Part shown: positions 1 through 12,255 of the stretch, piece by piece | Layout of the letters: every line of letters starts with the position of its first letter | Numbering within the stretch: the first letter of the stretch is position 1 | Assembly: GCF_963921235.1 (NCBI RefSeq) | Contig: NW_026948187.1 | Span: 6,820,001-6,884,000, forward strand | Origin: Mobula hypostoma | Taxonomy: Eukaryota | Direction: 5' to 3' | Length of the DNA: 64,000 nt | Translations under genes and position numbers: made by a program | The notes under the pieces: generated by a model | Told to the model about the DNA's origin: nothing | What the model saw: only the letters and a program-made list of their open reading frames with translations | The model's database searches: none

Positions 1-2461
1 TGGGAGAGAGACAGGAGGACCTTTCGAACACAAAGACGGAAATAAGGTTAAGTTCAACGAATACAGATGTATTGCCAAACGGCGCCACAAATGCAGACAG
101 AAACAGAGGGATAGGAAGCGAGTATTCTATCACGCAGAATAACACAAGGAGAAGGAATAACAGATTGAAATTGGATGGATAAATGGATCGGTAGGTACTG
201 AGATAAACATATAGATAAATAGATTGGCAGATAGATAGAGAGTCTGGTGATAGATTGGAGATACGTTTATATGAAATAAGGTAAAGACGCTCCTTCCCTC
301 CGATAACTTCCAGGTCAACCCCGGCGGAGGTGTAGCACCCGTTCAGCCCCGATCGGCATCAGGTGTAACCACGGACGCATAATCGTACGTGAAGTCGGTG
401 TATATCACGTCCTGACCACGGACCTACTGACGCCAGGCAGGCAACCTTTGGAGAGTATTTACACGAGTGTGGTCTCCCGTCCTGTAGAGCCACTGCCCAG
501 AGGAAGGCAGTGGCAAAGCACTTCCGTAAGTTTGCCGAGGACAGTCACGGTCCTGATCGTCCACGTTGTATGGCCTGGATAGTTAGGTATCTGGATAGGC
601 AGACCGATAGGTTTCGAAATCCACAGAAAAAGCGAGAGCGTTTGGATAGAGGTAGACAAAGAGAATGAGTGAAAACAAAGTCAACCTCCACAAATCATCA
701 GAGAACGGAGACGGGAGGGTTGTATGAACGAGTCTAGAATTTGAATGTCGTCACTGATTGGTTCACGGAGGTGAAAGGCGTGACGAACCAACTTATCTCC
801 AAGGTTACGCATGGTCAGACCACAGTCTTGGTCAGCACTGGTTGTACCGGAATGTGCGGTCGAAGGCGGCGGTGTCACCAGCAATGACATGTTCGCGTGC
901 ATATCCTTCCCGGGTAAGGGGCATCAGAACTTATTCCACTCATCCATTGCGCTGTCCGTGCAGTTCGAGGGCAGGGCGGACGGTTTTATGCCGAGCAGCA
1001 ACCATTTCAGGCAGAAGTCCTCCGGCCTCCTTGCGAATCCGTCAGCCGTTTATTTCTGAGCTAGGCGTATGAAAGGCTTTTCGGACAGACGACGGAGGAG
1101 CTGATCAAGACCCCTCGCAGTCTCGAGAGGGCGGGTTTCCGGGGATGGACGTACCGTCGGCAACGCAGAATTTCGCCGACTTGTCAATCAGTGAGCGGGC
1201 GGCGTCTGTAGTCACAAGACGCAGTGTAGCGGCCAGTCAGAGAAGGGTGCCGGTGGGAAAATTCATTTCGCGCTTTCTTTTATTTAGAAAGACACAGTGG
1301 AAGAGCCCCTTTCCGCCCAACGAGCAACACAGCTGAGAAAACCAGTACCCTAACCCTAGACCAAGAACATTACGAGGTAAAATATCCAATTCAGCTACTA
1401 ATCTGCACCTGCTCGGACTGTGGTGTCACGTACCCCGTGACGGGAATAAAGAACCAGCAGAGATTGAAAACACTTTGGGACTCCTGTATTGCTATGAACT
1501 AATAATATTTATCAGTAACTAGAACATGGAAATGCAAAGGGACCAATACTAGCTCTTCCTTCAGTTAGTCCTGACGAAGGGACTCGGACTGAAACGTCGA
1601 CTGCACCTCTTCCTAGAGATGCTGCCTGGCCTGTTGCGTTCACCAGCAACTTTTATGTGTGTTACTGTCAATCAAAGCCGGTCGCCACTGCGGGGCTGTC
1701 ACTCAGAAGAGGATAGGAGCGGAAACACTTACGGAAGACATCCTGAATATTCGTAACGGGTGTACCTCTTCCTTCCTCTCCCTGACCCATCACAATTGAA
1801 ACGGGTAATGGATATCACACAGAATAGGGCAGAATGTCCTGTTTCTCATTAAGAGATCCTTTAACTTCTCACTTCTCCCCGTCACCCTTTGAGATGCATC
1901 GGCCGCCGACATCTGGCCGAGAAAGTCCCCTGTCCTGAGCCAGACGTTCACCTTGTCCTCAGGTGTGGCCGATCTTCGAAGAACATTCCTCTCCCTGGTG
2001 TGAGGACAGTGGAGAATCGGTTGGCGTTCATGTACTTCTGCGTTTTCCGTGATAGATCTGGGAGCCCCATGCGCATCTCCCCTCCATCACACAGCCCTCG
2101 GAGGGCTCTTCAGTTCAGGAGTTCATGTTCGATGTGTTTCTCGTCAGATTATCGGTCGCACTCAAAAGTGACGAAAAACCCGTACTGAAGATCGGTGAGA
2201 AGACTACACATAAGGAAGGATAAGGTGGAAGATCGGTGCGCGGTTTCTCTTGACCCATCTCAATGTTTCAGTGGAGGACGTGAATATCTGTACCACCGCC
2301 CCTTCCTTCACTGATTCGCCGCTACGGCGCGCACGTCTGAATGATAGACCCGCCCCCACCATATGATTGACAGGAGTCGTGTTTCCTGTTTTGCTGACAG
2401 CAGCGAACTCTCTGGCGGTGAGAGTTTTTGTACAGCTGCCCCGTCACACTGAGCCGCCGTG

Positions 2462-3008
2462 AATACTCCAGGCGCAGAAATACACGGCCGATGAATTCGC
2501 CTCCAGCTTGTCGGACTTCAGGAAGATCTCGTTGCCCTTCGGTCTGTCCGCCGTAAAACCGTCGACCAATCCATCTGGGCTGACGTACTTAGCTACGCTC
2601 GAGTAAAACATGTTCTCCGGACCCTTTCCCGGGTATTGTCGGTACCAGTACAACCCGTTAGTATCACTGGTACTACCCTCCACTGTGCAATTCAGGGTCA
2701 CCTTCTGGCCCGCAGTTCCGGAGAAAGCCGGCGTCTGGAGGATGGTCACCGAGGTCGCATCTGGAAATAAGACACGGGGGGAGGCAGAACGTGGTGAATA
2801 AAAACGGAGAAACCAGTCAATGGGAAATTGCAGAAGGAGGGTACATTGAGGGAAGCGAAGAGGAGGATTGAAGTCGGAAAATCTCGAGAGGAGTTCGGAA
2901 TTTAGGGGCTACGACAGAGCGAGGCACAGGCAGAGATAGAAGAAATATAATATTTGTCAATTTTCACTCACAGTGCAAGGCGAGAATGAATCGCAGAAAC
3001 AGAAACAT
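2462..3008 (-). CDS. TRBV: V1: TRBV segment, subfamily A1 (TRBV30-like), intact
   Basis: Leader 2972-3008 (MFLFLRFILALH, GTGAGT donor). V exon 2462-2760 has C23, WYRQ and YFCAWS. RSS 2423-2461: CACGGCG-23-ACAAAAACT. Confidence 0.92.
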
Positions 3009-3094
3009 CCTTCTTGAAGGATTATTTCTCTCAGTCATGATAGTGCGAGCAGTACAGAAATAATCGATTCAATCCAGCCCCGTTTGTTACTTAT

Positions 3095-3142
3095 ACCAGT
3101 GACGTAGGTGTGTTACGCAAGCAAAGATTGGCCACGCCCCTT
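3095..3142 (-). promoter_or_regulatory. TRBV promoter module (CRE-like, CCAAT, GC box); representative copy at V1
   Basis: AGTGACGTAG 3098-3107 and GATTGGCCACGCCCC 3126-3140, 90-130 bp upstream of the ATG. Repeated at V2, V7, V8, V14, V18, V20 and V21. Confidence 0.7.
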
Positions 3143-3758
3143 CCATGCTCCAACCCGTTTCGGGGGGTGTGCTGATTCTACTCTACCATGTCGACCACAC
3201 TGTACACTCTCTCACACAGGAGGAAATCAGCAGATGCTGGAATTTGAAGCAAAACAGATAAACGTTCCTTGTAAAGCAGCAGGCCAGACAGCATCTCTAG
3301 GAAGGGGTACCGTCGACGTTTTGGGCCGAGACCCTTCGCCAGGGCCTGCTGCGTTCACTGTACTCTCTCACTGTTGCGCTTCCCGGCTTTCCCTGTCCCT
3401 TTCTTCATATGCCCTCGGTTTATTTAAGTTCCCAATTCTCCTAAATTTCGGTAATCTACACAACAGGTGAAAGAAGACGGGAGCACATCACCTCCGTTTC
3501 CCTGAAGCCAATAGTTTCTCATACTGAGGTCACATGATTAACCTTATGAAACATCATGGGTTCCGTACAGAGAAGCCTTCAGCATTCAATCTCTCTCTTT
3601 CTCTCTCTCTGCCTGAGCATCTGTTTCTGGTCTCTAAAGATTTCTTGCAACGGAGCCGAGGAGAAAATCCAACTTTACACAAATAATTTGACCCTTTGTA
3701 TTAGACTCTAACCCTAACCCCTTGAAAAATATAACATAGATTTTACCACAGTGCTTTT

Positions 3759-3778
3759 CCGCCCTCTAGTGGTAGCAG
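3759..3778 (-). promoter_or_regulatory. CTCF-consensus site upstream of the V1 promoter
   Basis: CCACTAGAGGGCGG on the minus strand. Confidence 0.7.
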
Positions 3779-3959
3779 ACCGTGCCTTCATACGTCGCTC
3801 GCCCTGCGATCTAGATTAATGCTAAAGAGGTAGAGAGAGCAGATCTGTAATGAAGACTATATTCTTCCCCACTATCGAAACACAAGAATATGTGTCCATT
3901 TCCATCCTCATGCACTGCCCTGGATCCAGGCTGAAATCATTGTTTCTTACAAACCTCTA

Positions 3960-5310
3960 TCCCGTGTTACTCTGATTTGGGGATATACTTGTTCTACTCG
4001 TCCGTTGCTCTGTATTTGTAGTTCTAGGGCACGGCGGACGGTTTTAGGCAGAGCAACAACCACTTCAGGCAGAAGTCCTCCAGCCTCCTTGCGAATCCGT
4101 CGGCCGTTGATATCTGCGTCTGGCGTATTAACGGATTGTCAGGCAGACAACGGTGGAGCTGATCAAGAGCATCGCTGCTTACAGTTTGAGAGTTTCTCGG
4201 GATGGACATCCCGTCAGCAAAGCAGAATTTCTGCGACTTGTCAGTCAGTGAGCCGGCAGCGTCTGCAGTCAGACCGGAGGGGATATTCATTTTGTGTTTA
4301 TTTTATTAAGAAACACCGTGCGGTCCAGACCCTTTCAGCCCAACGAGTTACAGCGCTCAGAAAACCAGCAACCTAACCCGAGACCAAAAACATGGCAAGG
4401 CAAAAGGACCAATTCACCGACTAACCTGCAGGTGCTCGGACTGTGGGAGGAAACCGGAGCACCCGGAGCAAACGCGCGCCCTTCACGGGGAGAACGTACA
4501 AACTCCAGACAGACCTTGCCTGGATGAGTTTGCGAGGTTTAGACGGGATCTGGGAAGGAATTGAGCGTGAGGCTGGTGTTTCACTCCTACGACAGGTAGG
4601 GGGCGCTGCGGTCAACAAAATAGGAAATTGCTGTCAATCAAAGCCGGTCGCCGCAGCGGGGCTGTCACTCAGAAGAGGATGGGTCCTGTTTCTCATTAAG
4701 AGTTCCTTTAACTTCTCACTTCTCCCCGTCACCCTTTCAGGTGCATCGGCCTCTGACAACCTATCGAGAGAGTCCCCTGTCCTGAGCCAGACGTTCACTT
4801 TGTCCTCAGGTGTGGCCGATCTTCGAAGAACATTCCTCTCCCTGGTGTGAGGACAGTGGAGAATCGGTCGGCGTTCTTGTACCTCTGCGTTTTCCGTGAT
4901 AGATCTGGGAGCCCCATGCGCATCCCTCCTCCACCACACATGCCTCGGAGGACTCTTCAGTTCAGGAGTTCATGTTCGATTTGCTTCTCGTCACATTGTT
5001 GGTCGCACTCAAAAGTGACGAAAAACCCGTACTGAAGATCGGTCAGAAGACTACACATAAGGAAGGATAAGTGGGATGATCGGTGCGCGGTTTCTCTTCT
5101 CCCATCGGAATATTTCAGTGGAGGACGTGAATATCTGTACCACCGTCCCTTCCTTCACTGATTCGCCGCTACGGCGCGCACGTCTGAATGATAGACCCGC
5201 CCCCACCATATGATTGACAGGAGTCGTGTTTCCTGTTTTGCTGACAGCAGCGAACTCTCTGGCGGTGAGAGTTTTTGTACAGCTGCCCCGTCACACTGAG
5301 CCGTCGTGAA
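3960..5310 (+). repeat. Local duplicate of about 900-2460 (3' flanks of V1 and V2)
   Basis: Blocks 4630-5310 and 1660-2460 are near-identical; 3960-4450 matches 900-1430. Confidence 0.8.
4385..4570 (+). mobile_element. Elasmobranch-type SINE fragment
   Basis: GGAGGAAACCGGAGCACCCGGAG..GGGGAGAACGTACAAACTCC signature. A truncated paralog lies at about 1350-1430. Confidence 0.55.
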
Positions 5311-5916
5311 TACTCCAGGCGCAGAAATACACGGCCGATGAATTCACCTCCAGCTTGTCGGACATCAGGAGGATCTCGTTGCTCTGCGGTCTCCCCGCCT
5401 TAAAACCGTCGACCAATCCCTCTGGGCTGACGTACTTAGCTGCGCTCGAGTAAAACATGTTCTCCGGACCCTTTCCCGGGTATTGTCGGTCAGTAGTACT
5501 GGTACTACCCTCCACTGTGCAATTCAGGGTCACCTTCTGGCCGGGGGTTCCGGAGAAAGCCGGCGTCTGGTGGATCGTCACCGAGGTCGCGTCTGGAAAT
5601 AAGAGACGGGCTTGGCTGAATGGTGAATGAACACGGACACGCGGATCAATGGGGATGGGGATAAACAGGGTGCACTGAAGGAAGCAAAAAAGATGACTGA
5701 AGAAAGGGACATTTCGAGAGGAGATCGGAATTTAATGTCGGCGGCAGAGGGCAGATAGTCCGCGGACGCGAGCGCTCGTAAATTAAAACAGAATGAGTCC
5801 GAGACGACGGGAGGGGAAAGCAAGTGGAAGGAAAAGAGAAGCATGGAGAAAAACATAGTATTTGTGTCCTTTCACTCACAGCGGAAGGCGAGGATGAATT
5901 GCAGAAACAGAAACAT
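5309..5916 (-). pseudogene. TRBV: V2: TRBV A1, open frame but a 15-nt in-frame deletion removes the conserved Trp
   Basis: Leader 5880-5916. Exon 5309-5592 is 284 nt versus 299 and reads STSTTDRQYP (LYWY lost). RSS 5270-5308: CACGACG-23-ACAAAAACT. Confidence 0.85.
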
Positions 5917-6544
5917 CCTCCTTGGAGAGTTTACTCTCTCAGTGATGAAAGTGGTCCGGGCGGCAGAGACGAATTCATTCACTTCCATCCGGTTTGTTAC
6001 GTATACCAGTGACGTAGGTGGATTTGCGGACGTAGCGATTGGCCACGCCCCTTCCATGCTCCAACCCGATTCGTGGGGTGCGCTGCTTCCGGTCTAGCAG
6101 TTTGGCCACACAACACACTCTCTCTATCTCTGTCCCTGTCCCACACTCTCCCATTAATCCTCTCCCCCGTCAGCTCACCGTGTGCGTGTGTGTGTGTGTG
6201 TGTGTGTTTTATGCTTCCAAGTGTTTGTAATTTCGGAAATCCACACAAACCGGTGAAAGGTGGCGGATCACAATTCACATTCTGTCGTTCTGAAGACCGC
6301 ACACTGTACCATCTGAAAGGCTTTGCTTTCTGCAAAGATCAGCCCTCCGCAGAAAATCTGTCTCTTTCTCAGTCTCGGTACTTGGCTTTCTTTCTCTCTT
6401 TCTCTCTCTCCATGTCCTTATTTCCATCTGTGGCTCCAAGCGCTTGTCGCGACCCAGCCGAAAGGTAAGGTCAGTTTACACAAACAATTTGTTGCCTTTC
6501 GAAACTTTCTAGAAAAGTAAGATAACTTTTATCGCCGTGTTTTT

Positions 6545-6564
6545 CCGCCCGCTACTGGTAGCAG
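6545..6564 (-). promoter_or_regulatory. Degenerate CTCF site upstream of V2
   Basis: CCAGTAGCGGGCGG. Confidence 0.45.
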
Positions 6565-7189
6565 TCTCTGCTTTCACATGTCTCTCAGGCTCCGATCCAG
6601 CTCGATAGCAGACAGCTAGAGAGAGCAGGTCTGGAAGGAAGAGCAGATTTTTCTCCCGTATCTAAGCTCAAGGACGTTTGCCCTTGGACATCTTTATATT
6701 CTTACCAAGTTCTAGGTTAAAAACAAGTTTATTGCAAACTTCTATTCTGTGATACTCCCTTTAGTAGATAGACCAAGCATTAATCAAATTCAACTCTTTC
6801 CTGTCAGGGTCGGATGACGAAGGGTCTCGGCCTGAAACATCGACTGCGCCTCTTCCTATAGATGCTGCCTGGCCTGCTGCGTTCACCAGTAACTTTGATG
6901 AATCAAATTTAACTCTTTCTATTCAAGGGTCGAATTTGGCCGCAGGTTGGGTTCAGTGAGTTGAATCCCCAAGCAAGCACAGACATGAAGTGCGAAGATG
7001 CGATCTCGTGGATACGCCCGTTGTCTGATCTGTCATGCCTTCAATCCGACATCCTCTCGCTGATTGACAGCAAACATCTCCTGATGAAGGGGCTTGTTCC
7101 GAAACGTCGGAATCATTCTCCTACACCTCTTTTGATTCTCCCCAATTTCAGCTCTTCCATTCTCAGGAAAGGGTCCCAAAACAGCTCAC

Positions 7190-7760
7190 AGCGACACAAG
7201 TTAAACCCTCAGCAGTGCTTTATAAAGTCTCAACATCACATCCTTGCTTTTAGACCCTGGACCTTCCAAAATCAATGATAACATCGTTTTTGCCTTCCAC
7301 ATCACAGGTTTAAGCGGCAAATTTCCCTTTCTGGAATCCTACATTAGGACTTCCCAGTCCCTTTGGATCTCAGATTTTTTAAAATTTCCTCTCCATTTAG
7401 AAAATTGTCAATATTTCCAATTATTTTACCGAAATGCATTAGAGCACACTTCCCGAGACTGCCATTTATATTCCTCTTCACCAATCTAGGTTGTGTCCTT
7501 CTGTCGCCACCGTGTTTCCTTAAAAGTATCTGTCCTTTCTCCTATCCGCCAACTTGAGCACAAAGCCTTCAGTTCCGCCATCCAAATCATTAAAAGACAA
7601 CGTATAAAGAAGTGGTCCCAATGCAGTCAGCACTGGTCATCTGTAGCCAAACAGAAAAGACTCTCTTTATTCTCACTCTTTTCCTCCTGCCAATCACTCA
7701 ATGCTCGATCAACGCGAGTCTCCTTCCTGTAATACCATGGGCTCATAGTAAATCATAGAT
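7190..7760 (-). mobile_element. Old degenerate CR1 RT fragment carried in the duplication unit
   Basis: Alignable by eye to the young CR1 copies. Paralogs at about 13790-14430, 40300-40640, 45920-46330 and 49280-49900. Confidence 0.65.
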
Positions 7761-8484
7761 TCACACTCTCTGGCTGCATAATCCCTCGTTGTATTTCATT
7801 CGCCTCGTTTAGACGACATCGTTTCAAATCGCTTCGACATCTTTATATTTTCTAAAAAAAACGTAGAACATAGAGCACTTGTATTATGTTATGGTGAACA
7901 AAACAATAACCGATGCTCCGAATACCGCAGAGCTTCCTGAACTGTAACGGTTTGCTTGCGTGGACCTGGCGAGTTAGTGCGCATGCGGCCGATTGATTGC
8001 GCAATGAATGGATCGGGCCAGCTGCTGACGGAGGTCTATCTGTATTTTACATGCCAGGCTCCGAGTGCGCGTCTTTTCGTCTCGGCGGAATCGCCTCGTA
8101 GCTCCAGAACTGTCCACTGCAGAGCCTGGACGTTTGCCAACATGACTGAATAAAAACTTTTAATCATACAACTCAATTTTTGTTTTTGTTCCGCGCATAC
8201 GTAACACTCCCCAGCTCTATAAACGCTCCGACTGATGAAGTCCTAATTGCCAAGTCTTTCCCTCGCCACCGAGACAACCTGTGACGCAGTCTTCACCGTG
8301 GTGCTTTGTAATGTTCCATGGATCAGAGGAATATAATATTAAAGAGTGCTGAAAGACACGGGAAGGCAGGCAGTGCGGGCGATGGTGAATTAAAGACAGG
8401 GATGTGCAGGCCGGAGCTGAATAATACCGGACCAGAGCAAAGTGTTTGATCTGCCAGATGCAAAATGACTTGTGAAACGCAATC

Positions 8485-8505
8485 TGCTGCTGCCCCCTAG
8501 TGGTG
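8485..8505 (-). promoter_or_regulatory. CTCF site about 38 bp past the V3 nonamer
   Basis: CCACTAGGGGGCAGCAG. Confidence 0.75.
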
Positions 8506-8562
8506 CCAAGCTGCTTATGAACCTCTGAGCGCTGGGGAAGATGGTTTTTGCCCAGCTCTGTG

Positions 8563-8855
8563 CACTACTACAAGCGCTGAAGAAAACATCGGAGTGGGGG
8601 GCGAGATGCCTTTCACATCCCGTTTGAACAGTGTTCTGCTAGTTCTCGTGAGCGTGTTGGACTCGGCTGTGTACCTTGTGGGGATACCTTGCCCGGCAGA
8701 GAGGTAAAAAGATTCTATTGCTTAGCCTTGCCTCTGTCTGTACCAAATCATTTTGCTATAGCCGGTATTGAACAGCGTGCAGGTGACGGTGGCTGACTCC
8801 CCAACTACAATTGACAAGGAGGGAGCCTCCTGTTCCACGTACGCGGCCGGAACCC
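8563..8855 (-). pseudogene. TRBV: V3: TRBV family B2 pseudogene
   Basis: AYVEQEAPSLSIVVGESATVTCTLFNTGYSKMIWYRQRQG then TAA, plus an FR3 frameshift. Heptamer CACAGAG 8556-8562 lies only 4 nt from nonamer-like GCAAAAACC 8543-8551. No clear leader. Confidence 0.85.
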
Positions 8856-9300
8856 CTGCAAGACGGAATATTTGTTGGACTCTTACTTTCTGTCAGTAAT
8901 CAACCAGGTATTCTGCAAAGACAGAGAGACGGAACTCGGATACCTAACATTACCAGCCACCATTAGGAAATCTAGTTATAAATCACTTCTAAACACACAA
9001 CATCGATTTTTTTTATTATCGGCGGAGGGGCAGGAAAAATAGGCACTGTTTTGAACCTCGTCCCTTCAAATATCATTTTAAGTGTTGCTGTAGGTCAACC
9101 GGGATTGCCAAACTCCTTCAGGTTCGTGAGCAATTCGACGCGCTCTTTGTTTTTTTGTGTGAAGTCTTCCTGAATTACTTGGGGCATCCTTGTTTGTTTT
9201 GCCTGATTGGGTGTATTACGCATTGTGTTGTGCGGCTGGGAAGATCAAATGTAATTGCAGTGTTAAGGTGGACGCGTCTTGGAGATTGAAGCTCAATGTA

Positions 9301-9318
9301 CTGCGACCTCTAGTGGTA
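9301..9318 (-). promoter_or_regulatory. CTCF site about 39 bp past the V4 nonamer
   Basis: CCACTAGAGGTCGCAG. Confidence 0.7.
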
Positions 9319-9395
9319 GAAAACGCGGGTTCTGAGCTTTCAGCGACTGTGCAGTAAGTTTTTGTCAGAGGCGGACCGGCTTCTCAACCTCTGTG

Positions 9396-9845
9396 CGCTA
9401 CTACAGGCGCAGAAATAGACGGCCGAGTGAGAGTGCGAGGCGTTCTTTAGCTCCAGTTGAAAGTAAGTGCTGTTGGGTCTTGTTGCCGCGTAGGATTCCG
9501 ACGCGTAACTGTTGACTAAACCTTTCGCAACAGAACGGAAAAGAGCTTCTATTGCCCCGTCCGGTCGCTGTCTGTACCAGTACATATTAGGATAGCCCGT
9601 ATTCAGCAGGGTGCATTGGACGGTGTTTGACTCTTCCAATCCAACTGACAGCGAAGGGGGCGACTGCTCCACGTACACGGCCAGAATCCCTGCAAGGGAG
9701 ATATTCCATTAGAGTCTAATTTCTCTCAACAAATGTTCGCCCGTTCTCTGAAACTGAGTTTCCTTCCCCAGAACCATTGTTATCCTGACTTACGCGGGAT
9801 CAATGCCACGATCAGCGGAATACAATAAGTCCCTCGCATCATCAT
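9396..9845 (-). CDS. TRBV: V4: TRBV family B, intact
   Basis: Leader 9794-9845 (MMMRGTYCIPLIVALIP, GTAAGT donor). Exon 9396-9689 VYVEQSPP..MYWYRQ..YFCACS. RSS 9357-9395: CACAGAG-23-ACAAAAACT. Confidence 0.9.
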
Positions 9846-10320
9846 TGACAGGGTAGAATCTGGCGGGCTTTGGGATGGAGTGCCGTTCAAGACCAGCTTT
9901 CAGAAGTAATGTACTGCGTTGCTCGATATTATTGCTGTTACCCAATGGCCCTATGGCGTCTGTCACTTCCTGTGTAATTGCTGGGCGGTACGTTTTCCTT
10001 CTGTCGTCATTCGAAAGCCGGAGGAGAGTGGAGGTCGCAGTTTCTGCAGTGTCGCTTTCGTGANNNNNNNNNNNNNNNNNNNNNNNNNNNNNNNNNNNNN
10101 NNNNNNNNNNNNNNNNNNNNNNNNNNNNNNNNNNNNNNNNNNNNNNNNNNNNNNNNNNNNNNNNNNNNNNNNNNNNNNNNNNNNNNNNNNNNNNNNNNNN
10201 NNNNNNNNNNNNNNNNNNNNNNNNNNNNNNNNNNNATCTTTCTGTGCATCTATATGCCTATGTATGTATCTATCTATCTATCCATCTGTCTACCTGTCTA
10301 TCTCTCTACCTATCTATCTA

Positions 10321-10352
<32 letters not shown>

Positions 10353-10699
10353 TCTATCTTGTATCTATCTATCTATCTATCCATCCGTCTATCCACCTAT
10401 CTCACTGAATTATCCTCAATGCATCCCTGTGTGTCTACTGTCTCACTGACCCTGGACCCGCAGTCTGAAAGAGCGTGGAAGTCACAGGGAATTTGGTGGC
10501 GTCTCGATGCAGAAGTTGTGGTTATACGACAACATAAGAACATCGTTTGTCTCCTGGTGGGCAAATAAGCGAAAGATCAACAGCAGCTCAGTCTGCTCCT
10601 GCCTCGGGTCGGGCAATCGCTCCTCCAGACGGAATACTGCTAAAGATGGGAAGGTGCAGCGGAGGTCTGCAGAGGCGATAGTAAAGAGAACACAACATA

Positions 10700-11350
10700 C
10701 ACTCAGTGGCCTCATTGTTAGCTACAGCTACGCACTGACTACATAGATGTCCGTCTCTCTCCGTTGACAACCTGCTCGAACATCCATGATGCGGTCAATT
10801 ATTGGGTCGTTTTCAAACTTACAAACCCATCTATCCACGTTTTCATTCAAGCTACTCAAACGACGTGGACACATTATTGGACATCTCCACACCAAATCGT
10901 TGGTGCAAATGTCTCACCAGTCAATCCTGTTGCAGCAAGTTAATGCATAAGGGCATGCAGAAATGGTCAAGAGATTCTATTGCTGTTAGGCCGAAACATC
11001 AGAATAGGGAGGAAATGTGATCTAATTTACTTTGACTGAAGAAAGCTTATTGATGCCAAACCGGGAAGGGTTGCCTATCTCAGAAACGACTGAAATCCTG
11101 CGATATTCACACACAACGTTCTTTACTGTTTACAGAGACTGGAACGAAAAACTGTTGTGGTAATTATGCGGGTGAAAGCGCCCTGTTAATGCCCGAGGTT
11201 AGAGGAGAACGGCCAGACTCTTCCAAGCTGAGGGGAAGGCGACAGTAATTCAAGTGACAACGTGTGCACATTATATTGAACCTTGGTGCGGATGGGCTGC
11301 AATAGCGGAGTACCACGATCACACAGCGAGTGGCCATTTTATTAGGTACA
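10700..11350 (+). mobile_element. Tc1/mariner non-autonomous remnant
   Basis: CACTCAGTGGC..-type ends and decayed transposase N-terminus (GGAAATGTGATCTAA..TCTCAGAAAC). Paralog at about 30195-30775. Confidence 0.65.
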
Positions 11351-12255
11351 GGAGGTCACCAAAGGGATGTTGGCCCCATTAATTACACATGTACACAAGA
11401 CATAGATGTATGTGCGAGATGTTAGCATTTGTATAGATGCATTCGTAGAGCAAACTTTTACAGATGCACCGGTATAACATTTGCGCGTTGCTGCGTGCCG
11501 TTCGAGTAGGACAATGTGCGGCGATACACAGAGTACTGCTGCCCCCAAGTGGCCAAAATCCCGTTCTGCACCTCTTTGTGAATAGGACCAAGATTTTTCG
11601 TGGTTTGAGACTCGCGGTCTAAAGCTGTTGCTGGCGTGTGGAAAAGTGCAACTTTGGACGTTTCAGGCCGAGATCCTTCATCAGGACTGAGAGTGGAAAG
11701 TGGACGGAGTGGGGGTGGAGGATAATGCCTGAATTAAAAGTTGCGGGATTGGTGAAAGGCCACTGGAGGTTGATAGGTGAAGACAGATGGAAGGGAAAGG
11801 TCAAGGCTGGAGTGGGAAGAATATGATAGGAGAGGAGACGGAAAACAGGGAAGGGGAAGGATGAGCGGGCCAAGGGGGAACTAATAGTCAGGCGAGAAGA
11901 TGCCTCGCGTATGCCTTCGTCATTTGATCCGACTATCCGCCATCGAGTCGATCCTGTGCCGAATTTTCAACGTAATCCACAATCAATCTAACTATTTCGT
12001 ACAAACACATCCCTTCGTTTTTTTTAAATCTATCTTCTAAATTATATGGGCCATGTGTTTGGAAATTGGATTATCTTACATAGAACATGGAACTGAAGGC
12101 CATAACACATGGGAGCAACAGTGGACATTTTGCGTGTCTCCGTCCTTTATTTCACTGTTTAAAATCTCTGGGTCTCTATTTCCTCATAATCAGGAGCCAA
12201 GCAGAAAATTCACCTTACACCAATACTTGTCCCTTTTTATACCCTTCGAAAAATA

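Noticed and set aside
1889-2188. Repeated ORFs in the duplicated V1/V2 flanks (4634-5035), and similarly 18205/54368 and 20161/56385
   Set aside because: They have no recognisable domain or splice structure, and recurrence is explained by duplication. The first may be a decayed retroelement, but I cannot support that.
2490-2510. Conserved N-glycosylation sequon NSS before YFC in most A genes
   Set aside because: It is real, but glycosylated TCR V frameworks are ordinary and nothing indicates novelty.
3708-3722. TAACCC telomere-like repeats (also about 1350)
   Set aside because: Only two units, which is expected by chance.
9919-10568. Long ORFs spanning N runs (also 27708-28207, 29194-30043, 39159-39479, 55944-56290)
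   Set aside because: They are artefacts of assembly gaps and (TCTA)n repeats.
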